Assembly (NCBI GenBank): GCA_016214565.1
Contig: JACROE010000002.1
Coordinates: forward strand, 920,007 to 984,006
Origin: Candidatus Kerfeldbacteria bacterium
GTDB taxonomy: Bacteria; Patescibacteriota; Patescibacteriia; UBA10025; JAHIVO01
Direction of reading: 5' to 3'
DNA: 64,000 nucleotides
In this document: one piece after another, positions 36,611 through 46,492 of the stretch
Numbering within the stretch: the first letter of the stretch is position 1
Layout of the letters: each line of letters starts with the position of its first letter
Position numbers and translations under genes: made by a program
Notes under the pieces: generated by a model
The model's database searches: none
The model's input: only the letters and a program-made list of their open reading frames with translations
Told to the model about the DNA's origin: nothing

Positions 36611-37291
36611 ATGATACATTTCAAGAATGTTTCGAAAATCTATCCACCGGACACGTACGCCCTGAAAAACGTCAATCTGCATATAAAACCGGGCGAGTTT
36701 GTATCAATTGTTGGGCAGTCGGGAACCGGGAAAACAACTCTGGTTAAGTTGATTATCGCCGAAGAGCGGCCAAGCAAAGGGCGTGTTATTATTGGGGATT
36801 GGGATATTACTGATATTCGACCGAATGAAATACCGGTATTGCGACGGCAAATTGGAGTAATCTTTCAAGATTTTAAATTATTGCCCCGCAAAACGGTTTT
36901 TGAAAATGTATCGTTTGGCCTCGAAGTAGCAGGTGCCACGACTCAACGGATTAATGAAATAGTTCCGCAAGTATTGAAGATTGTCGGTCTTGATAAGAAG
37001 CGCGACCGGTTTCCCAGACAAATTTCCGGTGGTGAGCAGCAGCGAACCGCTATTGCCCGTGCGTTAGTTCACCGCCCTAAAATATTAGTAGCCGACGAGC
37101 CCACAGGGAATCTTGACTCTATTAATTCTCAAGAAATTATCAATTTACTGAAAAAAATAAATGAGTTCGGAACAACCGTCGTATTGGTCACTCATAATCG
37201 TGAAGTCGTCAATGCGCTACGAAAACGCGTTATTACCGTTGATCAAGGTACGATAATTTCTGACCAACAAACAGGAAAATATATTTTATAA
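36611..37291 (+). CDS. ftsE: cell division ATP-binding protein FtsE
   Basis: [35 protein letters not shown]; followed by an FtsX-type permease. Confidence 0.8.
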   Translation: MIHFKNVSKIYPPDTYALKNVNLHIKPGEFVSIVGQSGTGKTTLVKLIIAEERPSKGRVIIGDWDITDIRPNEIPVLRRQIGVIFQDFKLLPRKTVFENVSFGLEVAGATTQRINEIVPQVLKIVGLDKKRDRFPRQISGGEQQRTAIARALVHRPKILVADEPTGNLDSINSQEIINLLKKINEFGTTVVLVTHNREVVNALRKRVITVDQGTIISDQQTGKYIL

Positions 37292-37293
37292 AT

Positions 37294-38208
37294 ATGCTGC
37301 TTTTTTTGGCACGAACAATTAAATTTGCATTGCAGGGCTTTTTTAGAAATTTCTGGCTATCGGTTGTAACCATAATCATTTTAGTGTTGACGCTTTGCTC
37401 GATTACACTCGTTGCCGGTATTAATGTTGTGGCGGAGCAGGCGATTGCATCGATTCAAGATCGAGTTGATGTTTCGATTTACTTCAAACAGGAAGTTAGC
37501 GAAAATGATGCGTTGGCGGTGCGTGATCGATTATTAGGACTCGCGGAAGTGGAGACAGTCACTTATGTTTCTAAGGAAGACGCACTCGAGAAATTTAAGT
37601 CGCAACATCAGGACGATACCGTGATCCTAGAAGCGATAGAACAGCTTGAAGAAAATCCTTTAAGTGCCACAATAATTATTAAAGCTGATTCGATTGAGGA
37701 GTACACCGCTATTTTAGCTGTACTTGATAATCCTCAGTACAGTAATTTGATCGAAGAAAGAAATTTCGATGACAATGAAACGGTTATTAGCCGGCTGTCC
37801 GACGTTTCAAATCGTATTGAGCAAATTGGGATAATTATTAGTGCTATCTTTGTACTGATTGCGGTTTTGATCGTGTTCAATACCATTCGCATTAATATTT
37901 ATACTCACCGAGAGGAGATCGGTATAATGAAATTGGTGGGGAGCAGCAATGCATTTGTCCGCATGCCGTTCATCATCGAAACGTTTATGTACGCATTGAT
38001 TTCGGTTGTATTAACGATTGCCATTCTCTATCCACTCATGAATGTTGTTGCCCCTCAGGTTAGCAGTTTTTTTGAAGGGTATGACCTTGATTTGGCAACC
38101 TACGTTCATGACCACATTTTTTATGTGATTGGTATGCAATTAGTATTTTCGGTGTTATTGAGCACCTTAAGTGCGAGCATAGCCATCGGTCGGTATCTTA
38201 AGGTCTGA
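37294..38208 (+). CDS. ftsX: cell division permease FtsX
   Basis: 4-TM FtsX topology with a periplasmic loop of about 100 aa; directly follows ftsE. Confidence 0.75.
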   Translation: MLLFLARTIKFALQGFFRNFWLSVVTIIILVLTLCSITLVAGINVVAEQAIASIQDRVDVSIYFKQEVSENDALAVRDRLLGLAEVETVTYVSKEDALEKFKSQHQDDTVILEAIEQLEENPLSATIIIKADSIEEYTAILAVLDNPQYSNLIEERNFDDNETVISRLSDVSNRIEQIGIIISAIFVLIAVLIVFNTIRINIYTHREEIGIMKLVGSSNAFVRMPFIIETFMYALISVVLTIAILYPLMNVVAPQVSSFFEGYDLDLATYVHDHIFYVIGMQLVFSVLLSTLSASIAIGRYLKV

Positions 38209-38306
38209 GCTCGTTGACAGTCTTTTATTTTTTGCTTAGAATACGTCTCACTCAGGCGTTTTTTTGTATTAGATCATGCAGACAGGCGGGGAAAGGCCGC
38301 ATCTGC

Positions 38307-38377
38307 TCCGGGATCGTCTAATGGTAGGACACAGGCCTTTGGAGCCTGGTATCTTGGTTCGACTCCAAGTCCCGGAG
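38307..38377 (+). tRNA. tRNA-Gln (anticodon TTG), CCA not encoded
   Basis: tccggga-tc-gtct-aatggta-ggac-a-caggc-ctTTGga-gcctg-gtat-cttgg-ttcgact-ccaag-tcccgga-g. Confidence 0.75.
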
Positions 38378-38477
38378 TAGAGTCGGTCTTTTTTTATTGG
38401 AAAAGCGCCCGTATCACCCTATTCAGAATGGCTATTATTAGCAAAAAATACTATCTATAGTGTCGCTTAAGGCTTGT

Positions 38478-38496
38478 ATAACACAATATGTTGTTT
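38478..38496. promoter_or_regulatory. near-palindromic NrdR-box-like element (taACACAATATGTTGTTta) in the nrdA leader
   Basis: imperfect inverted repeat about 255 bp upstream of nrdA; resembles the acaCwAtATaTwGtgt NrdR box. The spacing to the second half-similar site is non-canonical (a 31-32 bp spacing was recalled from memory, not computed). Confidence 0.25.
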
Positions 38497-38750
38497 ATCC
38501 ACAGTTGAAGCGTCTTGCTAAATGGTGTATACTGTCTTGTAGCACACTTAAAAAGAATTAAAACCGAAAAATAAAAATAAGTACCGAAACCGCCGGTAAC
38601 GCGAGGTGGGGTGATACGCTGGTGAAGCTGCTCGTGCATTAACCAAATCGAGGCTTTTTTTGTCTCGGTGGTGTCTGTCTGACTATATTGTTACTTGATT
38701 TGCGGCCTTGATGGCCATGTCCCATTAATCAACAACCAAAAATAAATATT

Positions 38751-41588
38751 ATGGCACTCACGCAAGTAAAGAAGCGGATCGGCACGATCGTTCCGTTTGA
38801 TAGATCGCGAATTGAGAATGCAATCAAAAAATCATTTCTTGCTACTTCCACCGATGTTACGGATGAGCAGATAATGAGCATGACCGACACCGTCATAGCA
38901 GAATTGGGCAACACTTTCGGCGACACCATTCCTTCAGTAGAAAATATTCAAGATGTCGTTGAGCGAATCATTGCGGAGCACGGCTTTTTTGAGGTTTCTA
39001 AAGCATATATTCTTTACCGTAAAGAGCGTGAGGCCGAGCGGGAAAAAATGCAGCGGGAATTGTACGCTCGGGCAAAAGCTCGCCAGCTGAAAGTACAGAA
39101 GCGTGACGGTTCAATGGTTGATTTTGACATTAGCATGATCGAACAAGCGGTCATGAAGTGTAATGGGCATCTAAATCGCGAAGCGATTCATGAGATTGTT
39201 GAGGATTCTTTGGCAAATGTGCACGACGGTATTACTACCAAAGAAATAAATAAGGCGGTCTTAATGGCAATTAAGGGTCGTATTGAGCGTGATGCGGGGT
39301 ACTCGAAGTTGGCCGCTCGATTTTTGTTTAATGACTTATATAAAGATGTTCTGGGTGTCGATGAGTCTGATCCGAAGTTCATTGGGCAATATCAATCGTC
39401 ATTAGCGCGGATGATTCAGCAGGGCGTGACTGCTGGGCGTTATGATCCGCGTTTACTCGACTTTAATTTGCCAAAACTCCAGGAAGCTATTCAACCTGAG
39501 CGCGATCGGATTTTTTGGTATCTAGGTGCCCAGACGTTGTATGACCGTTATTTTGTACGCGACCATGACCAGCATATCTTGGAAACTCCGCAGTACTTTT
39601 GGATGCGCATCGCCATGGGTCTTTCCATCAATGAAAAGGACAAAGAGGCTCGCGCCATAGAATTTTATGATGTCATTTCTCAGATGTATTATGTTCCATC
39701 GACGCCGACCTTATTTCACTCTGGTACGCATCACCCCCAAATGAGTTCTTGCTATTTAACCACGGTTGAGGACGATCTCGACCATATCTTCAAAGCGGTG
39801 GGAGATAATGCACAATTGTCCAAATGGTCAGGGGGACTGGGAAACGATTGGACTAATATTCGCGGTACCGGCGCACTGATCAAGTCAACCAATGTTGGCA
39901 GTCAGGGAGTAATTCCATTTCTTAAGATTGTTGATTCAACCACCGCCGCTATTAACCGCAGTGGCAAACGGCGCGGCGCGACCTGTGTATATCTCGAAAC
40001 ATGGCATTATGACATTGAGGCATTTCTTGAATTAAGGAAAAACACTGGTGATGAGCGCCGCCGCACTCATGATATTAATACGGCCAACTGGATTCCTGAT
40101 TTGTTTATGAAGCGGGTAATGGAAAATGGAACCTGGACACTTTTTTCTCCTGATGAAACTCCTGATTTGCACCATACCTACGGTCGTGATTTTGAAAAGC
40201 GATATGAAGCGTATGAACAGAAGGTAGCGCAAGGTGAAATTCGGCTTTTCAAACAGCTGAGCGCGGTCAAATTATGGCGCAAAATGATTACTATGATGTT
40301 TGAGACGGGTCATCCTTGGATAACATTCAAGGATCCCTGTAACATTCGTTCTCCTCAGGATCACGTGGGCGTGGTGCATAGCTCAAATTTATGCACTGAG
40401 ATAACGCTGAATACGTCAAAAGAGGAAACCGCCGTGTGCAATCTCGGTTCAATTAATTTACCTGCTCATGTAGACCAAGGTAAGATCAATAAAGAACAGA
40501 TGCGCACGACCGTCCGTACTGCGATGCGTATGCTGGATAATGTGATTGACCTGAATTATTATCCGACTAAGGAAGCAGAGCATTCTAATTTGAAGCATCG
40601 TCCGGTTGGCCTTGGCATAATGGGATTTCAGGATGTGCTGTATGATCTGGATTTGACTTTCGATAGCGATGAGGCGGTGCAGGTAGCCGATGAGTTAATG
40701 GAATTTATTTCGTATTACGCCATCATGGGATCGTCCGAATTAGCTAAAGAGCGCGGAACGTATCAAACCTATCAGGGTTCAAAATGGGATCGCGGACTAT
40801 TTCCGATTGACACTATGCGAATGCTTGAGGAAGAGCGGGGGATGAAGACCGGATTAGCTTTGACCGGTGCGCTGGACTGGGAGCCAGTGCGAAAACATGT
40901 GGCAGCGCATGGCATGCGGAATTCTAATTGTCTCGCAATTGCTCCGACCGCAACAATTGCTAATATATCAGGCTGCTTACCCTCGATTGAGCCGATCTAT
41001 AAGAATTTGTATGTTAAATCAAACGTGAGTGGTGAATTTACTGTAGTGAATCGTCATTTGGTGGAAGATTTGAAGAAATTGCATTTATGGAACCGTGAGA
41101 TGCTTGAAAAAATTAAATACTTTGATGGTAGTATTCAACAAATATCCGAGGTGCCCGCTGAACTGAAGGCCAAATACAAGGAGGTATTTGAAATAGACAC
41201 GTATTGGATCGTGAAGCACGCTGCACATCGCAGTAAATGGATCGATCAGAGTCAATCAGTGAATATATTTACCAAGAGCGATTCTGGCGCATTGATTTCC
41301 GATGTGTATCTGACAGCTTGGAAAATGGGCGTCAAAACGACGTATTACCTGCGTACTTTAGGCGCTTCTGCGATTGAGAAGTCCACCCTCGACATAAATA
41401 AGAAATTCGAGTCAGCCCCAGCCGCTGCCGCCATTGTTAAACCAGTGCAGCAGCCAGCGCCGATTGTACCTGAGCCCGCGGCTCCTACTTTTGTCAGTCC
41501 GCTTGCCGCGCCCGTTGCTCCAGCCGTTGTATCTGCGCCGCAATCGTCAGCGGTCGTGAATGACGAGGAATGTGAGGCATGCCAGTAA
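38751..41588 (+). CDS. nrdA: class Ia ribonucleotide reductase alpha subunit with two N-terminal ATP-cone domains
   Basis: ATP-cones VKKRIGTIVPFDRSRIENAIKK and VQKRDGSMVDFDISMIEQAV; active-site NLCTEI; C-terminal CEAC redox pair. Confidence 0.9.
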   Translation: MALTQVKKRIGTIVPFDRSRIENAIKKSFLATSTDVTDEQIMSMTDTVIAELGNTFGDTIPSVENIQDVVERIIAEHGFFEVSKAYILYRKEREAEREKMQRELYARAKARQLKVQKRDGSMVDFDISMIEQAVMKCNGHLNREAIHEIVEDSLANVHDGITTKEINKAVLMAIKGRIERDAGYSKLAARFLFNDLYKDVLGVDESDPKFIGQYQSSLARMIQQGVTAGRYDPRLLDFNLPKLQEAIQPERDRIFWYLGAQTLYDRYFVRDHDQHILETPQYFWMRIAMGLSINEKDKEARAIEFYDVISQMYYVPSTPTLFHSGTHHPQMSSCYLTTVEDDLDHIFKAVGDNAQLSKWSGGLGNDWTNIRGTGALIKSTNVGSQGVIPFLKIVDSTTAAINRSGKRRGATCVYLETWHYDIEAFLELRKNTGDERRRTHDINTANWIPDLFMKRVMENGTWTLFSPDETPDLHHTYGRDFEKRYEAYEQKVAQGEIRLFKQLSAVKLWRKMITMMFETGHPWITFKDPCNIRSPQDHVGVVHSSNLCTEITLNTSKEETAVCNLGSINLPAHVDQGKINKEQMRTTVRTAMRMLDNVIDLNYYPTKEAEHSNLKHRPVGLGIMGFQDVLYDLDLTFDSDEAVQVADELMEFISYYAIMGSSELAKERGTYQTYQGSKWDRGLFPIDTMRMLEEERGMKTGLALTGALDWEPVRKHVAAHGMRNSNCLAIAPTATIANISGCLPSIEPIYKNLYVKSNVSGEFTVVNRHLVEDLKKLHLWNREMLEKIKYFDGSIQQISEVPAELKAKYKEVFEIDTYWIVKHAAHRSKWIDQSQSVNIFTKSDSGALISDVYLTAWKMGVKTTYYLRTLGASAIEKSTLDINKKFESAPAAAAIVKPVQQPAPIVPEPAAPTFVSPLAAPVAPAVVSAPQSSAVVNDEECEACQ

Positions 41589-41612
41589 TTATTAAGTAAC
41601 GTTTCAAAGAAT

Positions 41613-42623
41613 ATGGATACAACTCAAGATGAAAAGAAAATACTGAATTGTAGTACTACTGATCCGAATAAAATTTTGCCCATGAAGTACACGTGGGCAC
41701 GGCAACATTATAAAAACGGTGTAGCTAATAACTGGGTACCCGAAGAGGTGAATATGCAAAAGGATGTAGAAATGTGGCAGAGTCCGACCGCCTTGACTGA
41801 AGATGAGCGTCGTTTGGTCATGTGGAACATGGGATTTTTTTCCACGGCGGAAAGTCTAACCGCTAATAACATTGTTTTAATTATTTACCGCTTAATTACG
41901 AATCCCGAATGCCGGCAGTATTTGCTTCGCCAGGCGTATGAAGAAGCAGTTCATACCGATACTTTTATCTATTGCTGCGACACACTTGGACTGGATCCAG
42001 AAGATGTGTACACGATGTATAATCGGATCCCGAGTATCAAAGAAAAGGACGATTTTGTAGTAAATATGACTAAATCAATTCTTGATCCGAATTTTACAAC
42101 GGTAGGAGATGAGAACATTCAGAAATTTGTCCATGACTTAGTTGGTTTCTACGTAATTATGGAAGGCATTTTCTTCTACGCTGGTTTTGTCATGATGCTG
42201 TCTTTCATGCGACAGAATAAAATGGTTGGAGTAGGTGAACAATTTCAATTCATTTTACGCGATGAATCAGTTCACCTAGCTTTTGGCGTTGATCTTATCA
42301 ATACGATTGTCAAAGAGAATCCTCACATTTGGACTCCAGAATTTCAGAAAATCGTTCGCGATAATATAATCAAGTCAGTCGACCTGGAAAATACGTACGC
42401 CCGCGATTGCTTGCCGCATGGTATTCTTGGGTTAAACGCAGATTCGATCAAGCAGTATATTGAATATATTGCCGATAGGCGTCTCGAACGGATTCACCTC
42501 AAGAGTGAATATGGTACCGCCAATCCATTTCCCTGGATGAGCGAGGTGATTGATCTTCGCAAAGAGAAGAATTTCTTTGAAACGCGAGTAACTGAGTATA
42601 AAACGGGCGGGCTAAAATGGTAA
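41613..42623 (+). CDS. nrdB: class Ia ribonucleotide reductase beta subunit (di-iron/tyrosyl radical)
   Basis: ferritin-like di-iron ligands (EEAVHTD, EGIFFYAGF, RDESVHL). Confidence 0.9.
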   Translation: MDTTQDEKKILNCSTTDPNKILPMKYTWARQHYKNGVANNWVPEEVNMQKDVEMWQSPTALTEDERRLVMWNMGFFSTAESLTANNIVLIIYRLITNPECRQYLLRQAYEEAVHTDTFIYCCDTLGLDPEDVYTMYNRIPSIKEKDDFVVNMTKSILDPNFTTVGDENIQKFVHDLVGFYVIMEGIFFYAGFVMMLSFMRQNKMVGVGEQFQFILRDESVHLAFGVDLINTIVKENPHIWTPEFQKIVRDNIIKSVDLENTYARDCLPHGILGLNADSIKQYIEYIADRRLERIHLKSEYGTANPFPWMSEVIDLRKEKNFFETRVTEYKTGGLKW

Positions 42624-42642
42624 TTGCATTGTACGAGCATTA

Positions 42643-42670
42643 AGTGCCGGTGAAAAGCCGGCACTTTTTG
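42643..42670 (+). terminator. rho-independent terminator after nrdB
   Basis: agtgccgg-tgaaaag-ccggcact followed by tttt. Confidence 0.7.
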
Positions 42671-42720
42671 ACTTCAATGAAAAAAAATGGTATACTCGAA
42701 GTCATAAAGCAACGTATTCA

Positions 42721-44715
42721 GTGAAATGTATGCGAGGAAAGCTTTTAAACGTTTTTTTATTCCTCTGTGCCGTTGTAAGCGTCGCGATTTTTGCACGGTC
42801 TTATGCCGTCTTTGAGCTCAATGATGCAAAAGCACAATCAGGTGCTAATTATGTAGTTGCGTATCTTGAGACCCCCGATGTTACGAATTCGACGGGGACT
42901 ACTGTTTCAGGGCAAACTCCATTTACGGTTCGTCTGGCCGGAACACTAGCTCCGCAAATTACCAGCGTTACCGTCTCGTTGGTGAATTCCGCAAGTGTGA
43001 TTCAACCAATGCATTGTATCAACGCCACTATTGATACAGAATTTCGCTGGCACGCTTTTTGCGATACCCTCGGGTTCAGTAACGGTATCTATCGGATACA
43101 GCTTACCGCAATGGCCGGTAGCACTGCTATTATGTTAGTAAAAAGCACCGGGCTACCCGCAGAATTCGGCCCACTAACGATTCAAAATCAATTTACTTTT
43201 ACTCAGCCAGGTTCAAATGTCATTTCGGGCTCGGTACCGGTCAGCGTATCATTATCAGGAGATGTACTGAACGCACGAGTGCATATAGCACAATCTGGAT
43301 CAGGTGACATATTAGATTTGCAAAAAACCAGCGGTGAGCCGATGCGCAGCTCTGTATGGCAGCGATCACTAGATACCGCCACTTTTGTAAATGGCACATA
43401 TTCTATCGCTCTCAGTTTTCAGAGTTTAAATGGTACTTTCCGCGAGCGTGTAGTGACCCAGACGGTAACAATTTCAAACCAGACAGCCTGTACGGCTCTG
43501 TGGACGTGCGGTGAGTGGAGCGCGTGCTCGACGTCAGGGATTCGCACTCGTAGCTGTTCAGATGGATGCGGTACGACAACCACCGAATCACAGCCTTGTT
43601 CTACCAATACTGAGAGTAACTCTACAACCACCAAGCAAACCTCATTAGGAATTAGTATCACACAGCCGCAGGCGCAAACAACAGTGAGCGAATTATTAGC
43701 GTTGCGTGCACAGGTCAGTGGGTCGGCTCAGGCAGTTACATTTTTTTATATGATTCCGTTATCGACTGTTGAGTACCGGATTGCCAATGCTAGTCAAAGC
43801 ACCACTGATCCGACAGTGTGGACGCAAACGTGGAATACTCGCGATGTGCCAAATGGTAGTTATTTCATTGTGGCTCGAGCAAGTGACTCGGCTGGCCAAA
43901 CCGCTTTGAGTTCGCCCATTGGCGTGGCTGTATTGAATCAGACAACGGATGCCACGCCGAGTAATACGAGTGATTCGCCTCAAGCTCCTGCGACCGATAC
44001 GTATACCCAACCAGATACTGATGGGGATGGCGCTGATGACGCTACCGAATTAACGCTGGGAACCGATGCGACAACGCCGGATGCTACCACGACGACCGAC
44101 TCAATCATTCGTCAAATATTTACAAGTGATCCTGATGAAGCTCAGGCCGCACTTAATCAGCTCGTTGATCTCGGGAGACTGACTCAGGCGCAAGCTGAGC
44201 AAATACGTACTCGGCTCGATCAAACAGCTTTTGAGCAACCGACGAGAAGCGGCGTGGAAGCGCCGGAGAAGCTTAAGGTACGCGCCATTCTTAGCGCAAA
44301 GCCCGAATCAAACCGCAGTCAATTCATCATTTCCGGAGTTGGTCCAGCCGATAGTTATGTGACATTGTATATATATTCAAATCCTATCGTGGTTACTACC
44401 CAAACTGATGCACAGGGAAATTTTGAGTATACCCTCGATTCCAATTTACTTGATGGCAAGCACGAGGTGTACGTCACCGTTAATGATGAAACTGGTAAAA
44501 TTATTGAAAAAAGCGCACCGCTAACATTTTTTGTGAGAAGTGCTCAGGCTATTTCCGAGGAAGAATATTTGCGTGGGGACGTGGATGTAGTCACCTCGGG
44601 TAGCCAGCAAATGGCACAGTATATTCGAATAGTCGCAATTATTATTTTAAGTTTGATTGCGGCATTAGGCATCGGTTGGTTAATACGAAAAAAATCAAAA
44701 CCACTGAATCCATGA
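42721..44715 (+). CDS. large secreted/surface protein with C-terminal TM anchor
   Basis: signal peptide; Ig-like Thr/Ser-rich segments; Cys-rich segment CTALWTCGEWSACSTSGIRTRSCSDGCG; DTDGDGADD calcium-binding-like motif; C-terminal IVAIIILSLIAALGIGWLIRKK. Confidence 0.5.
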   Translation: MKCMRGKLLNVFLFLCAVVSVAIFARSYAVFELNDAKAQSGANYVVAYLETPDVTNSTGTTVSGQTPFTVRLAGTLAPQITSVTVSLVNSASVIQPMHCINATIDTEFRWHAFCDTLGFSNGIYRIQLTAMAGSTAIMLVKSTGLPAEFGPLTIQNQFTFTQPGSNVISGSVPVSVSLSGDVLNARVHIAQSGSGDILDLQKTSGEPMRSSVWQRSLDTATFVNGTYSIALSFQSLNGTFRERVVTQTVTISNQTACTALWTCGEWSACSTSGIRTRSCSDGCGTTTTESQPCSTNTESNSTTTKQTSLGISITQPQAQTTVSELLALRAQVSGSAQAVTFFYMIPLSTVEYRIANASQSTTDPTVWTQTWNTRDVPNGSYFIVARASDSAGQTALSSPIGVAVLNQTTDATPSNTSDSPQAPATDTYTQPDTDGDGADDATELTLGTDATTPDATTTTDSIIRQIFTSDPDEAQAALNQLVDLGRLTQAQAEQIRTRLDQTAFEQPTRSGVEAPEKLKVRAILSAKPESNRSQFIISGVGPADSYVTLYIYSNPIVVTTQTDAQGNFEYTLDSNLLDGKHEVYVTVNDETGKIIEKSAPLTFFVRSAQAISEEEYLRGDVDVVTSGSQQMAQYIRIVAIIILSLIAALGIGWLIRKKSKPLNP

Positions 44716-46106
44716 CCTTCTCACCAGCTCAAACCTGGCGCACGCTTCGGGATAATTTCCAATTTATATATGGAATTTTTTTGTTTATCTTGATTCCTGG
44801 TGCACTGGTGGTTAATACTGTACTTCTGACGAGTCGGACCAGCACGATCATGGATATTGAATTGCAGCGAAAAGCTTCACTGGCTGCCAGCATTGTGAGT
44901 AGTAGTATTCGAAATAAATTTGACAATATTGAGATTGTACAAAGTGAATTAGTGCAGATTGCCGATCAGAATGAGGAGATTCGTAGTCTTGATGTATTAA
45001 TTCCTGAAAATGATCAGTTTCGCATCGTTGCCAGTCTTGATACTACTCAGGTGGGCACGCTTTCAAATTATTTGTATAATACGATTGCTTGGCAAACGGG
45101 TGAGCCAATCGCTTATCAAACAAATTCAGCTGCTCGATCGACCGAAGACCCAACGCAAGTTGGGGAAGAGCGATTTTGGGTTATTGTTCGGCCCATAAAA
45201 AATGATGATGGATCGCTTATTGGAATCATTTCCATGAAGGTCTCCTCGGCTATTATTGATAATTTGACTCAGGATAATTTAAACCGCTCACTTGCAATTT
45301 TACTATTTTCAATAGTAATTATTGTTCTCTTGCTAGCCCACAATGCCCGTTTGTTCCGTAATACGATTTTACTACAGAAGCTGAAAGAGGTTGATGCCAT
45401 GAAAGATGAGTTTATTTCTATGGCCTCTCATGAATTGCGAGCACCTATTACGGGCATTCGTGGCTATTTGCAGATGATTCTCGATGGTTCATTTGGGCCA
45501 CTCCCAGCTGACGTTCGCCAAAAATTATCAATGGTTAATGAAGAGAGTAATCGATTACATGCGTTGGTGGAAGATTTGCTTGAAGTTTCTCGGATTGAAC
45601 AGGGAAGAGTGAGTTTGAATTTACAGCCGAGCGATGTAGCGCCAATAATAACGACTGTTTGCCAAGTACTGGGCGTCCAGGCCAGCGTCAAGGGACTGGA
45701 TTTAGTAAAATCAATTCAGCCGAATTTGCCATACGCTTTGGTTGACCCTGGTCGTTTTCAACAAATTCTCATGAATTTGGTAAGTAATTCCATAAAATAT
45801 ACGATGCACGGAAAGGTAACCATCGCGGCGGAAGAAATCCGTGATAAAAAATCGATGGTCCGTATAAAAATATCAGATACGGGCATGGGAATTGCAGCTA
45901 AAGATCGAGATCGCCTTTTTCAAAAGTTTTATCGAGTTCATAATAAAGAAACCGATAAAATTATCGGCACCGGTTTGGGATTATGGATTACCCGTGAATT
46001 AGTTCATCTGATGAAAGGTGAGATTTATTTGGATAGCATTGAACACCTGGGTACGCACGTGACTGTATTAGTTCCATTAGCCCCGCCCAAGCAAATTTCA
46101 CATTAA
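44712..46106 (+). CDS. sensor histidine kinase
   Basis: two TM helices flanking a sensor domain; HisKA H-box SMASHELRAPITGI; HATPase N/G boxes (NLVSNSIKYT, DTGMGI, GTGLGL). Confidence 0.85.
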   Translation: MTFSPAQTWRTLRDNFQFIYGIFLFILIPGALVVNTVLLTSRTSTIMDIELQRKASLAASIVSSSIRNKFDNIEIVQSELVQIADQNEEIRSLDVLIPENDQFRIVASLDTTQVGTLSNYLYNTIAWQTGEPIAYQTNSAARSTEDPTQVGEERFWVIVRPIKNDDGSLIGIISMKVSSAIIDNLTQDNLNRSLAILLFSIVIIVLLLAHNARLFRNTILLQKLKEVDAMKDEFISMASHELRAPITGIRGYLQMILDGSFGPLPADVRQKLSMVNEESNRLHALVEDLLEVSRIEQGRVSLNLQPSDVAPIITTVCQVLGVQASVKGLDLVKSIQPNLPYALVDPGRFQQILMNLVSNSIKYTMHGKVTIAAEEIRDKKSMVRIKISDTGMGIAAKDRDRLFQKFYRVHNKETDKIIGTGLGLWITRELVHLMKGEIYLDSIEHLGTHVTVLVPLAPPKQISH

Positions 46107-46110
46107 TACT

Positions 46111-46482
46111 ATGCCTGCAGTAGCCATCATTGGCGCCTCGAATAATCGCGCTAAGTACGGCAATAAAGCTGTCCGAGCGTATCGTGAGGCTGGGTGGAAA
46201 GTTTTTCCGGTAAATACTCACGAAACGATCATTGAAACAATTCCCGTTTTTCATTACATCTCTGATATTAAGGAAACAATTGATCGAGTAGCATTATACG
46301 TTCCGCCTGAGGTTGGATTGACTCTCATTCCTGAAATTGCTCAGGTGAAGCCGAGAGAATTATACTGCAACCCGGGGAGTGAAAGTGACGCCCTGATTGC
46401 TGAAGCGCGGTCACGAGGACTTGAACCCATTGTAGCTTGCGCCATCATTGCCATAGGGAAACAGCCGCGTAATTATCATTAA
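46111..46482 (+). CDS. CoA-binding domain protein (YccU/YneT-like)
   Basis: VAIIGASNNRAKYGNKAVRAYREAGWKVFPVN Rossmann-like CoA-binding signature. Confidence 0.75.
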   Translation: MPAVAIIGASNNRAKYGNKAVRAYREAGWKVFPVNTHETIIETIPVFHYISDIKETIDRVALYVPPEVGLTLIPEIAQVKPRELYCNPGSESDALIAEARSRGLEPIVACAIIAIGKQPRNYH

Positions 46483-46492
46483 TTGATATACC

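Noticed and set aside
38208-38306. Terminator between ftsX and tRNA-Gln
   Set aside because: There is only a weak stem (acg/cgt) before the T-run, so it was not reported as a feature
38451-38929. Short ORFs (38451-38639 minus, 38729-38929 minus) and a possible cobalamin riboswitch in the nrdA leader
   Set aside because: The ORFs have no coding signal and overlap the nrdA start. The downstream reductase is class Ia (NrdAB, di-iron), which is B12-independent, and no B12-box-like sequence was seen
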